Part shown: positions 30,210-39,426 of the stretch, piece after piece
How positions within the stretch are numbered: the first letter of the stretch is position 1
How the letters are laid out: every line of letters begins with the position of its first letter
Assembly (NCBI GenBank): GCA_965198945.1
Contig: CBDAQI010000013.1
Coordinates: forward strand, 191,160 to 255,159
Direction of reading: 5' to 3'
Source of the DNA: Thermodesulfobacteriota bacterium
Lineage (GTDB): Bacteria; Desulfobacterota_D; UBA1144; Nemesobacterales; Mycalebacteriaceae
DNA: 64,000 bases
Made by a program: the position numbers and the translations under genes
Notes under the pieces: model-generated
Databases searched by the model: none
Told to the model about the DNA's origin: nothing
Seen by the model: only the letters and a program-made list of their open reading frames with translations

Positions 30210-31295
30210 ATGGCGTCACAAAAACTCATTAGTATCAATGACTTCCACCGCAAAGCGAAAAAAAAACTTCCGCAGATGTTCTATGATTATTACGCGGCCG
30301 GAGCAAACGATGAAATCACACTTTCTGAAAATAGCGAGGCATACAAACGTATAAAACTGAGATATAGAGTGATGGTTGACGTTTCGGAGCGGGATATGTC
30401 CGTAACAGTCTTCGGTAACAAAGTGTCAATGCCGATTCTTGTGGCCCCGACCGCTTTTCACGGACTGGCATCACCCGAGGCTGAATTTGCCACTGTCAAA
30501 GCCGCAAATAAAGCCGGAACTCTTATGATTCTCAGCACACTCTCAAATACAACGCTTGAGGATGTAAAAAAGGAGGCGGCAATTCCTCTCTTTTTCCAGC
30601 TTTATGTCTACAGAGACAGGAGCGCAACGGCCGAGCTTGTAAAAAGAGCCGAGGAAGCGGGCTACGGAGCCATTGTTGTTACGGTTGATGCCCCGATTCT
30701 GGGAACACGCGAGCGCGATGTGCATAATGACTTCCGGCTTCCCGAAGGGCTGACAATAAAAAACATGACGGCGGCTCAACTTGAAAGAATGAGCGAAGAA
30801 ACGGGATCGGGTCTCGGCAACTACTTCGCCTCGTCAATAGATCCTTCACTTTCTTGGAAAGATATTGAATGGCTGAAAGGAATAACAAAACTTCCCGTTC
30901 TCGTAAAGGGAGTAGTTCATCCCGAAGATGCCAAACTTGCCTTGAAAAATGGTGCGGACGGTGTTGTGGTCTCAAATCACGGAGGAAGACAGCTAGATAC
31001 AAGCCCCGCCACAATAGAAGCGCTGCCCGATGTGGCGGAAGCCATGGACGGTGCGGGAACACTTTTTGTGGACGGAGGAATACGGCGAGGGACCGATATT
31101 TTCAAAGCGCTGGCCCTCGGAGCTGACGCAGTTCTCCTGGGAAGGCCTATTTTGTGGGGGCTTGCCGCGGACGGAGAAAAGGGAGCGGTTCAAATCCTTG
31201 AGATACTCAGAGCGGAATTTGATAAAGCGATGATGCTTTGCGGTTTTTGTTCAGTCAGCGAAATCAAGAAAAGGGGTAAAGAAATTCTGTTTTGA
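30210..31295 (+). CDS. FMN-dependent alpha-hydroxy-acid oxidase (glycolate/L-lactate oxidase family)
   Basis: DYYAAGANDE, FQLY, TVD.P..G.RE.D, SNHGGRQLD, DGGIRRGTD. Confidence 0.93.
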   Translation: MASQKLISINDFHRKAKKKLPQMFYDYYAAGANDEITLSENSEAYKRIKLRYRVMVDVSERDMSVTVFGNKVSMPILVAPTAFHGLASPEAEFATVKAANKAGTLMILSTLSNTTLEDVKKEAAIPLFFQLYVYRDRSATAELVKRAEEAGYGAIVVTVDAPILGTRERDVHNDFRLPEGLTIKNMTAAQLERMSEETGSGLGNYFASSIDPSLSWKDIEWLKGITKLPVLVKGVVHPEDAKLALKNGADGVVVSNHGGRQLDTSPATIEALPDVAEAMDGAGTLFVDGGIRRGTDIFKALALGADAVLLGRPILWGLAADGEKGAVQILEILRAEFDKAMMLCGFCSVSEIKKRGKEILF

Positions 31296-31305
31296 AATCA
31301 GGGCT

Positions 31306-32505
31306 TTATATTCTATAGTGAGAATTGAGTTTTACATAATCAAGTGACAAATCGGACATCAGCACAAACCCCCTGCCCTTGCCTGCGGACAGACGGATTT
31401 TAATTGTAAACTCACTTTGCTTCATCATTTTTGCGGCTTTTTTCTCCACTCCGGCAATTTCCATACCGGCGCTCATAACTTTCAGTTTTCCGATAAAAAT
31501 ATCCATCTTTGCCGGGTTGAATTTGATCCCAGAACTTCCAACCGCAGCGGCAACCCTTCCAAAGTTGGGATCTTCTCCAAACAAAGCGCATTTGACAAGG
31601 ATTGATGAACCAACCGCCTTTGCCGCTTTATCAGCTTCTTTTGAATTTCCGGCTCCCTCAACCTCAACCCTTACGGCTTTTGTGGCACCTTCACCGTCCT
31701 CAACTATCATCCGCGCTATGTCAAAACATACTTGAGAAACCGTTTCCACAAATTTTTTGCCGTCCCCGCTTGAAGAGGAAAGCGCCCTGCCTCCGGCAGT
31801 TCCTCCGGAAAGAAAAAAGACTGAATCATTTGTTGACATATCGCCGTCCACAATTATCCGGTTGAAAGACCGGTCGGCCGCCGTTCGGATGGTCTTTTCT
31901 GCAAAGGACCGCGTAATTTTTACATCCGTTAAAACAAAACACAGCATGGTGGCCATGTCGGGAGCAATCATTCCGGCTCCCTTTCCAATAGCGCAAACGG
32001 TGGCTGTTTTCCCACCGATTTTAATTTTTTTTGAGGATATTTTCGCAAAACCGTCCGTTGTCATTATTGCCGCCGCCGCTTTCTCCGCCCCCTCGGATGA
32101 AAGTTGTGAGACAAGTCCGGGAACAGCTTTTGTTATTTTCTCTTCAGGGAACCCGCCGCCTATCAAACCCGTTGAAGAAGGTATGACAAGAGAAGGAGAA
32201 ATTTTGAGGCTCCGCGCAAGAGCAAGAGTTGTTGATTTGGCCGCAAGTTCACCGTTTTTGCCGGTCATCGCATTTGCGTGTCCGCTGTTTATCAAAAGCG
32301 CCTGACAAAAGCCGTCGCTGACGCGCTCCATTCCCAGAATAACGGGGGCGGCTTTAAGCCTGTTTGTCGTAAAAATTGCCGCCGTCACCGCGGGTTCTTC
32401 CGCATATATAAGCGCAAGGTCGGCCTTACGGTTTTTTTTAATTCCGCAGGAAACGGAACTGAAAAGGAATCCCGGAACCGTAATTTTTATTTCGTTTTTC
32501 CTCAT
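31306..32505 (-). CDS. argJ: Ornithine acetyltransferase/N-acetylglutamate synthase
   Basis: KGAGMIAPDMATML, VDGDMSTND, DGEGATK, DPNFGR. Confidence 0.96.
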   Translation of the reverse strand: MRKNEIKITVPGFLFSSVSCGIKKNRKADLALIYAEEPAVTAAIFTTNRLKAAPVILGMERVSDGFCQALLINSGHANAMTGKNGELAAKSTTLALARSLKISPSLVIPSSTGLIGGGFPEEKITKAVPGLVSQLSSEGAEKAAAAIMTTDGFAKISSKKIKIGGKTATVCAIGKGAGMIAPDMATMLCFVLTDVKITRSFAEKTIRTAADRSFNRIIVDGDMSTNDSVFFLSGGTAGGRALSSSSGDGKKFVETVSQVCFDIARMIVEDGEGATKAVRVEVEGAGNSKEADKAAKAVGSSILVKCALFGEDPNFGRVAAAVGSSGIKFNPAKMDIFIGKLKVMSAGMEIAGVEKKAAKMMKQSEFTIKIRLSAGKGRGFVLMSDLSLDYVKLNSHYRI

Positions 32506-33212
32506 CGGAACAACATATTCTCCAGAACCTTCGCAGATTTCAACACTTTTCCCGTCTGATACTGAAAGAAGGAATTAAAACAGATTACATTTTCCATTGC
32601 AAGGTCTCCCTTGATTACTTCGGCACAGTTGAACTTACGCGCGGATTTTTCGTGCGACTTGCCGGCGCACTCGCCGCACAAAAAAATACCGGCGGGAAAA
32701 ACCAGAATTCCCCGCCCGGGATTTTGAAGCCCGCACCGGTCGCAGCCCTGAAATTCCATACCATACCCAAGACTCTCAAGCGCAGATTTCTGAAAATTCA
32801 AAAACGCCGCGGAACCGCTCCCGCGGCTCATTGCGGAAAGAGATTTCAGGGCCGCGGTGAAAATTTTTTCATCAGAGATTTTGTCTTCTGTAAACGCTGC
32901 ATCTATAAGCTCAACAAGACAGTTTGCCTTGAGAAATATCCTCATGTCCTTTGCCACACCGGCAAAACTTTCCAGCACTTCAGAGCTTTGAAGAATTTCT
33001 CCGCCGGAACGGTTTGAACCCAGTTCAACTTTCAGCAGAGAAAACATCTCAAGGCTTCCGCCGAACCGCTTCCTGCTTGAAACGGCGTTTTTTGCCACAG
33101 CCCTCAGCTTGCCAAACTCTTTTGTGAATAAGGTGGCAAAAATGTCCGACTCTCCGACGGGAGTTTTTTTTATCAGCAAAGCCTTGCAGCTTTTTGTATC
33201 GCCGTTTTTCAA
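32502..33212 (-). CDS. recO: DNA repair protein RecO
   Basis: GESD..ATLFTKEFGKL.AVAK.A..SRKRFGG.LE; CxxC...CxxC. Confidence 0.88.
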   Translation of the reverse strand: MKNGDTKSCKALLIKKTPVGESDIFATLFTKEFGKLRAVAKNAVSSRKRFGGSLEMFSLLKVELGSNRSGGEILQSSEVLESFAGVAKDMRIFLKANCLVELIDAAFTEDKISDEKIFTAALKSLSAMSRGSGSAAFLNFQKSALESLGYGMEFQGCDRCGLQNPGRGILVFPAGIFLCGECAGKSHEKSARKFNCAEVIKGDLAMENVICFNSFFQYQTGKVLKSAKVLENMLFR

Positions 33213-34582
33213 AACAGCAGTATTGTTCCCACAAAAAGGTAGAAGACCGAGCCGAGAATATCATTAAACATCATAAGAAACGGACCGGATGAAGCGGCCG
33301 GGTCAACTCCCACTTTTTTCAGAAACATCGGAAGCCCGACTCCAATTGAAGAGGTTGCCAGTGTTGCCGACAGCATGGATATGAAAACCGTGCCGCCAAC
33401 CATTATATTTGTAGGCTCTCCGGGACTGACAAATTCCACCGTTACCGCGCCTATCGCCCCGCAAATCAGTCCCATAAGCAAACCGACTTTCATCTCCGCA
33501 ATAAGAATTGAAAACACCTGCCCTCCGCTGATTGTCCCCATTCCAAGAGACCTGATTATAACGGTGTTTGTCTGAACCCCGACGTTTCCGCCCGCCGCCA
33601 TAATAGCGGGCATAAAAGCGGCAAGTATTGCAAACTGTTCAAGGGTAATCTGAAAATTACGCAGAACAATGAACGCTATGAGAAGCTCACCGAGAAGCGT
33701 AAAAAGAATCCAGGGTATGCGCACTTTTACCCTTTCAAACATGGGAGTATGTATGGGGTGCAGGTGGTTTTCCACACCGACCATTTTGTAAATATCCTCT
33801 TCCGCCTCCTCGGATATGACGTCCATTATGTCATCGCCGGTTATTCTTCCGAGCAGTCTTCCATTTTCATCCACCACCGGGGCGGACATGAGATCATATT
33901 TTCTGAACAAGACGGCGGTTTCCTCCTGATCCATCAGCGGAGAGAGTGTTGTCTCCCGCGGCACTGATTCCATAATGCTCCACAGCGGAGCGGAGCCGTC
34001 TGATATCACAAGTTTTCCAAGAGAGACTGTGCCCGACAGTTTTTCATTTTCATCAACAACATAAATCCTGTGGTATTCCTCAATTTCATCTGAATTGGAA
34101 AGATTTCTTATTTTTTCAATGGTTTCCTTAACCTGTGATTCGGGAGAGCCCTTAAGGACTTCAGTCTGCATTATTCCGCCCGCCGAATCATCCGGATATT
34201 TGAGCAACGGCTCAACTTCTCTGAGCTCTTCGGGATCTATTTTGGAAAGAACCTCTTCCGCTTTTGCCTCAGGGAGTTCCTGGATAAGGTCCGCGGCGTC
34301 ATCCGAATCCATTTTTTCGGCTATATGGGCAATTTCCTGCTCGTCAAGTTTGGAAAGCAGTTCCTCCCGCAGGCTTTCATACAGTTCGGGAAAGATTTCA
34401 GAGGCGACATGGGTGCCCAGAGAGGAAAGAACAAAAGACTGTCCGTCGGTGTCTATATCCAGGGAGTCTATAATTTTTACTATCTCAGAAGGGTGAAGCC
34501 CTCCGAGATCCCTTACAATCTCGGCGGCGGCACGGCTCTCAACATGCTGTTCCACCCTTTCCTTTAGTTCCAGGTTATCCAT
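33209..34582 (-). CDS. mgtE: Magnesium transporter MgtE
   Basis: DSDDAAD, SAGGIM, CBS pair, GGNVGVQ, DPAASSGPF. Confidence 0.95.
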   Translation of the reverse strand: MDNLELKERVEQHVESRAAAEIVRDLGGLHPSEIVKIIDSLDIDTDGQSFVLSSLGTHVASEIFPELYESLREELLSKLDEQEIAHIAEKMDSDDAADLIQELPEAKAEEVLSKIDPEELREVEPLLKYPDDSAGGIMQTEVLKGSPESQVKETIEKIRNLSNSDEIEEYHRIYVVDENEKLSGTVSLGKLVISDGSAPLWSIMESVPRETTLSPLMDQEETAVLFRKYDLMSAPVVDENGRLLGRITGDDIMDVISEEAEEDIYKMVGVENHLHPIHTPMFERVKVRIPWILFTLLGELLIAFIVLRNFQITLEQFAILAAFMPAIMAAGGNVGVQTNTVIIRSLGMGTISGGQVFSILIAEMKVGLLMGLICGAIGAVTVEFVSPGEPTNIMVGGTVFISMLSATLATSSIGVGLPMFLKKVGVDPAASSGPFLMMFNDILGSVFYLFVGTILLF

Positions 34583-34644
34583 TTCCCGCTAATTTTATCG
34601 GTCAGTTATACTAAAACCAAGAAAACTCACGCGAGGTTCTAAAA

Positions 34645-34992
34645 ATGCTCAGAGACAGAAAGATTAAGTTCGGCAATCCGCCGGAAAGAGAGTGGAAACT
34701 GCTTAAAGAGAAAGTCGGCAAAGGAATTGAGTATATGCTTCCCGATTCTCAAAGGTGGTTTCTCGCAAGGCTTGAAGGAGACGGAATAAGAATCACTTCC
34801 GCGGAAAGAAATGTCCGCCCGCTTTCCGTGCCCGATGAGCCGCTGATTGATTTTGAGGAATTTAAGGTTGTCGCAGGCGCCTACAATGAAACTTTGTTCG
34901 GAGGAATAAACAACCTCCAGCCAAAACTCAACGCACAGAAAAAAAGCCCCAATATGCGCTACATATTTATGCTTGTTTACAATTTACTTTAA
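34645..34992 (+). CDS. Hypothetical protein
   Basis: 115-aa ORF filling the gap, with RBS GAGG and upstream TATACT; no motif recognised. Confidence 0.7.
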   Translation: MLRDRKIKFGNPPEREWKLLKEKVGKGIEYMLPDSQRWFLARLEGDGIRITSAERNVRPLSVPDEPLIDFEEFKVVAGAYNETLFGGINNLQPKLNAQKKSPNMRYIFMLVYNLL

Positions 34993-35015
34993 GTCTGTCC
35001 GGAAAACACGAACAT

Positions 35016-36116
35016 TCAAACATCAATACCGGTGATCTCTGATATTGAAGAAACTCCTTCTTTTTCCATAAAATTGACAAGCCCTCTGTTTATCCGACCC
35101 GCAACTCCGGGGCCCTCTCCTCTTATCGCGGTAAAAACCTGAAGCGCATTTGCTCCGGCTTGGATTTTCTCAAGAGCAGTTTCAGTGTCTTTTATTCCGC
35201 CGGAACCGATAATTGTCATTTTTCCGCCGGTTTGAAGCCGTATATGTCTGATCCTGTCAGTTGAGAGTTTTCTGTAGTCCGGATCATCTCCGCTCACTCC
35301 ACCGCTTTCACTCTCCCACTTTTCACCATATTTTGCTTTAATCACCGAAGAATTGGTCGTGTTTGTGGCTATGATTCCAGCCGCGCCGGATGATAAAACC
35401 GCTTCTATGATTTCGTCTATCCGGTTAAATGAGGTCTCGGGAGATATTTTCACATAAACCGGTATTTTCTTTTCACCGGAGGCAACCGCCGCAACGCTTT
35501 TCAGTATTTCAGACAGAGCTTCTTTTTGTTGAAAATCTCTCAAGCCCGGAGTATTTGGCGAGCTCACATTAACCGCGAAGTAGGACGCAAAAGGAAGTGT
35601 TTCCCGTGCCACTGACGCATGTTCATCCGGGGCTTTTTCAGGCGGAGAGTCTTTGTTGAGACCAATGCTTATTCCAATCGGCATCGGCATCGAAGCGGCG
35701 GTTTGCAGGTTGCGCACAACACCTTCAGCGCCGGGGCTGTTAAAGCCGAGCCGGTTTAGAAACACACCCGGAGCAAGAGAAAACAAACGAGGTTTCGGAT
35801 TCCCCTCTTGCGGACGCAATGTTACCGAACCAATCTCCGCGCATGAAAAACCCATTGCGTGCATACCGGCCACAGCCCTTCCCGTTTTGTCCCACCCCGC
35901 CCCCACAATAAGAGGATTTTCAAGATGCAAACCGTCAATCTCAATTTCAAGGCGCTTGTCTTTGAATCTTTTTCCGGTGTTCGCGGCAAGTTCGGCAAGC
36001 AGAAGGGTCAAAGACGTTTTTGATGCGATATGAAGAGTTTCAACAACAAAAGAGTGCAGAGATTCCGAATCAAACCCGTCAAGTATCGGGGTTAACAGTT
36101 TTTTGTAGATTGACAC
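35016..36116 (-). CDS. pyrD: Quinone-dependent dihydroorotate dehydrogenase
   Basis: AGWDK, GNPKPRLF, NRLGFN, NVSSPNTPGLR, TNTT, GGVSG. Confidence 0.95.
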   Translation of the reverse strand: MSIYKKLLTPILDGFDSESLHSFVVETLHIASKTSLTLLLAELAANTGKRFKDKRLEIEIDGLHLENPLIVGAGWDKTGRAVAGMHAMGFSCAEIGSVTLRPQEGNPKPRLFSLAPGVFLNRLGFNSPGAEGVVRNLQTAASMPMPIGISIGLNKDSPPEKAPDEHASVARETLPFASYFAVNVSSPNTPGLRDFQQKEALSEILKSVAAVASGEKKIPVYVKISPETSFNRIDEIIEAVLSSGAAGIIATNTTNSSVIKAKYGEKWESESGGVSGDDPDYRKLSTDRIRHIRLQTGGKMTIIGSGGIKDTETALEKIQAGANALQVFTAIRGEGPGVAGRINRGLVNFMEKEGVSSISEITGIDV

Positions 36117-36132
36117 TCTTCACCGCTCCCCT

Positions 36133-37218
36133 CTAAACATTGAAACGGAAAAGCATAATGTCTCCGTCACAGACCTCGTAGTCTTTTCCCTCAGACCTCA
36201 TCTTTCCGCTTTCCCTCGCGGCGGTCTCGGAACCCGACTCTATAAAATCTTCGTATTTGATAGTTTCAGCCCTTATGAAACCCTTTTCAAAATCCGAGTG
36301 TATTACTCCCGCCGCCTGAGGGGCACTGGTTCCGCGTTTGATTGTCCACGCCCTTACTTCCTTTGGACCGGCGGTAAAATATGTTATCAAACCAAGCCCG
36401 TCATAAGCGGCTTTTACAAGCTTTTCCAGACCGGTTTTTTCAATGCCCATTTCACTGAGAAATTCCGCTTTTTCATCGGGCTCAAATCTTGATATTTCCT
36501 CCTCAATCTTTGCCGATACCGCCACGCAGGAGCTTGAGTTGTTATGAGCATGTTGTTCCACGGACTCTGAAAATTCTGAATCAGCGGAGCCGTCATCCAC
36601 ATTACAGACATAGAGAAAAGGTTTTGCTGTCAGAAGAAAAAGATCCCGCTCTTTTTCAATTTTCAGCAACTCGGTATTGCCTCTGACGGAGTTTCCGTTT
36701 TCAACAAACTCTCTGATTTGAATAACATCGGACAGGTGTTTTTTAATTTCTTTATCACCGCTCTTTGCCTGTGACTCAAGTTTATGCTCTCTTTTTTCAA
36801 GCGTTTCAAGATCTTTCAAAATCAGTTCATTCTCAATTGTCGCTATGTCGCGCACGGGGTCAACGTCGCCGTCAACATGGGTGATATCCTCATCCTCAAA
36901 ACACCTGACAACATGAACTATTAAATCCGTTTCACGGATATGTGAAAGGAAAGCGTTTCCTCTGCCCCTGCCTTCCGATGCGCCTTTTACAAGGCCGGCA
37001 ATATCAACAAACTCAACAAATGCCGGAACCTTCTTCTGAGGCTTTACCATTGAAGCTATTTTTTCAAGTCGCTCATCAAAAACCGCAGCCACGCCCAGAT
37101 TCGGCTCTATTGTGCAGAAAGGAAAATTTCCCGCTTCGGCTTCAGCGTTCGTGAGAGAGTTGAAAAGTGTGGACTTGCCTACATTTGGAAGCCCTACGAC
37201 GCCGCATTTCAATCCCAT
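36133..37218 (-). CDS. ychF: Redox-regulated ATPase YchF
   Basis: GLPNVGKST, FPFCTIEPN, DIAGLVKGAS, IHSDFEKGFIRAE. Confidence 0.97.
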   Translation of the reverse strand: MGLKCGVVGLPNVGKSTLFNSLTNAEAEAGNFPFCTIEPNLGVAAVFDERLEKIASMVKPQKKVPAFVEFVDIAGLVKGASEGRGRGNAFLSHIRETDLIVHVVRCFEDEDITHVDGDVDPVRDIATIENELILKDLETLEKREHKLESQAKSGDKEIKKHLSDVIQIREFVENGNSVRGNTELLKIEKERDLFLLTAKPFLYVCNVDDGSADSEFSESVEQHAHNNSSSCVAVSAKIEEEISRFEPDEKAEFLSEMGIEKTGLEKLVKAAYDGLGLITYFTAGPKEVRAWTIKRGTSAPQAAGVIHSDFEKGFIRAETIKYEDFIESGSETAARESGKMRSEGKDYEVCDGDIMLFRFNV

Positions 37219-37231
37219 AAGTTTTTACCGG

Positions 37232-37307
37232 GGTGAATGACCGGATTTGAACCGGCGACCTCCGAGGCCACAACTCGGCGCTCTAACCAGACTGAGCTAC
37301 ATCCACC
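37232..37307 (-). tRNA. tRNA-His (GTG)
   Basis: G-1, acceptor GTGGATG/CATTCAC, anticodon arm CCGAG-TTGTGGC-CTCGG, T-loop TTCAAAT, C73; no encoded CCA. Confidence 0.95.
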
Positions 37308-37319
37308 ATTTTATTTTCG

Positions 37320-37394
37320 CGCGCCCGAGAGGATTTGAACCTCTGACCCACGGATTAGAAGTCCGTTGCTCTGTCCGGGCTGAGCTACGGGCGC
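37320..37394 (-). tRNA. tRNA-Arg (TCT)
   Basis: Acceptor GCGCCCG/CGGGCGC, anticodon arm ACGGA-CTTCTAA-TCCGT; no encoded CCA. Confidence 0.95.
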
Positions 37395-37418
37395 AAATTA
37401 CAAAACCTGCAAATAGCC

Positions 37419-37492
37419 TCGGGGCGAGAGGACTCGAACCTCCGACCCCGGCGTCCCAAACGCCGTGCGCTACCAAACTGCGCCACGCCCCG
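37419..37492 (-). tRNA. tRNA-Pro (TGG)
   Basis: Acceptor CGGGGCG/CGCCCCG, anticodon arm CGGCG-TTTGGGA-CGCCG; TATAAT at 37511-37516 upstream. Confidence 0.95.
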
Positions 37493-37524
37493 AACTATAA
37501 GCGCGGGTCTATTATACATAAAAG

Positions 37525-38415
37525 TTACTTTCCCATTCTGAACTTATTCCAATACCGCACAAGCCCTTTTACATTCATTGAAACCGTATCGGTGTTTCTG
37601 TAGCTCTCGGTGAAAGCCGCGCCTTTTTCATTTGCCTGAATAAAATCATCCAGGTGTTTTTCAAAACCGGGCTTAATCTCTTCCTCACTCATTCCTTTGT
37701 TCAGCTTCTCTCCCACATAAAACACAAAATCCTCAAGAGTGACCGAAAATTCGTCCAAGTGAGAGTCAACATCCGAATACTCTCCGAAATGGGTCGGACA
37801 AACACTGTTGGGTGAAATTTCGCGGATTTTTTTCACCGTTTCATCCCACAATTCCAGATTGATTTCGGGAGGGGGAGTGGGCGGAATCACAGCCCCGCCT
37901 CCTATTCTTACGCCGGCCGCATCACCCGAAAAAAGAACTCCGTCAGCCAGATAACAGTGGTGATGGCCCGCATGCCCCGGAGTGTCAAAAGCCCTTATTT
38001 TCAAGTTGCCGGCCGAGACCGTCTCTCCGTCGGCGACAACTTCAACACTGTCTGCCGGAACCGGACGCACTTGTCCCCAGAGCGTTTCCATTTTGTCTCC
38101 GAAAATCCGTGTTGCCGATGAAACAAGACGCTCGGGCGCTGTCAGATGTTCCGCGCCGTTTGGATGAACATAGACTTTTGCTCCATTTTCAGCAAACTTC
38201 CACGCTCCTCCCGAATGGTCAAGATGGATATGTGTTACAAACAGATGCCGCACATCTCCGGGCTTGAAGCCGAGTTTTTCCAGCTCTCCGCAGACGTTTT
38301 CAAAGGTTGACTCAGGTCCGCTCTCAAAAAGAACAAGTCCGTCAGAACTCTCAAGCAGGTATGATGCTATTACTTTGGGAGAAATAAAACTGTGGTCTAT
38401 TATCTGTGGTTTCAT
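37525..38415 (-). CDS. MBL-fold metallo-hydrolase
   Basis: THIHLDHSG, TPGHAGHH, FSGDA, PTHFG. Confidence 0.92.
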   Translation of the reverse strand: MKPQIIDHSFISPKVIASYLLESSDGLVLFESGPESTFENVCGELEKLGFKPGDVRHLFVTHIHLDHSGGAWKFAENGAKVYVHPNGAEHLTAPERLVSSATRIFGDKMETLWGQVRPVPADSVEVVADGETVSAGNLKIRAFDTPGHAGHHHCYLADGVLFSGDAAGVRIGGGAVIPPTPPPEINLELWDETVKKIREISPNSVCPTHFGEYSDVDSHLDEFSVTLEDFVFYVGEKLNKGMSEEEIKPGFEKHLDDFIQANEKGAAFTESYRNTDTVSMNVKGLVRYWNKFRMGK

Positions 38416-38458
38416 ACATTAGAATCTACTGTCTGAACGGCCCGTTAACAAGAAGCAA

Positions 38459-39340
38459 ATGACTCCTCTGCTTAAATTAAAGACTCCGGAACATTCCGCC
38501 GATGTATGGGCCAAACTTGAAAATCTCAATCCCTCAGGAAGTTCCAAAGAAAGAATTTGCTCTGCGATAATCACGGAAGCTGAAAGCCGGGGCGTTCTCC
38601 GTCCGGGAAAAACAACCCTGGTGGAAGCGACAAGCGGAAATACCGGCATTGCGCTTGCTTTTCTGTGTGCTGCAAAAAACTACCGCGCCGCGCTTTTCAT
38701 GCCGGAAGGCACCGGAGCTGAAAAAAAAGCGGTTGCAAAAGCTTACGGAGCCGAGATTTTTGAGCCCCCCGGGGGGAAAACAATGACGGAAGTGATCAGA
38801 ACGGCACGGGAATTTGTCAGGAAAATGCCGGACAAGCGTTTTTTTATAGATCAGTTTTCAAACCTTCTGAACCCCCAAACTCACAGACTTGAAACCGCAA
38901 GGGAAATTCTCTCTCAAATGGAGCTTGCGGGCAAAGCGGAAATCAACGCTTTTGTAATGGGTGTGGGAACGGGAGGAACAATTACCGGCGTCGGAAGGGA
39001 AATTAGAAAGGCCTTTCCGCATTCGGAAGTCGTGGCGGTTGAACCGCATTCATCCGCCGTTCTTTCGGGGAAAAAAACCGGGAAGCATTCAATATCGGGC
39101 ATAGGCGTCGGTTTTATTCCCGATGTTCTGGATACCGAATGTTACGGCCGCGTAATCACGGTGACCGAAGAGCAGGCCCGCCAGGGTGTTATGGAACTCG
39201 CACGAAACAACGGGATTTTTGCCGGGCTGTCATCCGGAGCAAACTATTTTGCCTCCATGAAGACGGCTGAAAAGCTCGGCCCCGGGAAACGGACGGTAAC
39301 GATTGTTTGTGATTCGGGAGACCGTTATCCGGAAGTCTGA
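38459..39340 (+). CDS. cysK: PLP-dependent cysteine synthase family protein
   Basis: AKLENLNPSGSSKER, EATSGNTG, GVGTGGT, GLSSGA, DSGDRY. Confidence 0.88.
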   Translation: MTPLLKLKTPEHSADVWAKLENLNPSGSSKERICSAIITEAESRGVLRPGKTTLVEATSGNTGIALAFLCAAKNYRAALFMPEGTGAEKKAVAKAYGAEIFEPPGGKTMTEVIRTAREFVRKMPDKRFFIDQFSNLLNPQTHRLETAREILSQMELAGKAEINAFVMGVGTGGTITGVGREIRKAFPHSEVVAVEPHSSAVLSGKKTGKHSISGIGVGFIPDVLDTECYGRVITVTEEQARQGVMELARNNGIFAGLSSGANYFASMKTAEKLGPGKRTVTIVCDSGDRYPEV

Positions 39341-39382
39341 ATGATGTGTTGTTAACAAGACGGGATAAAGCCGGAAGGCACA

Positions 39383-39411
39383 TTGAAACACGCCTCTGCG
39401 TGTGATATTTT
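39383..39411 (+). promoter_or_regulatory. Sigma70-type promoter of ftsH operon
   Basis: TTGAAA-17 nt-TATTTT with extended TG; spacer holds inverted repeat CACGC/GCGTG. Confidence 0.55.
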
Positions 39412-39426
39412 CAAGGAACGCCCCAA

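Noticed and set aside
37232..37492. tRNA cluster as an integration site
   Set aside because: Flanked by core genes, with no duplicated tRNA 3' end or integrase seen.
37247..37603. 118-aa ORF on + strand
   Set aside because: It is the antisense reading of three tRNA genes.
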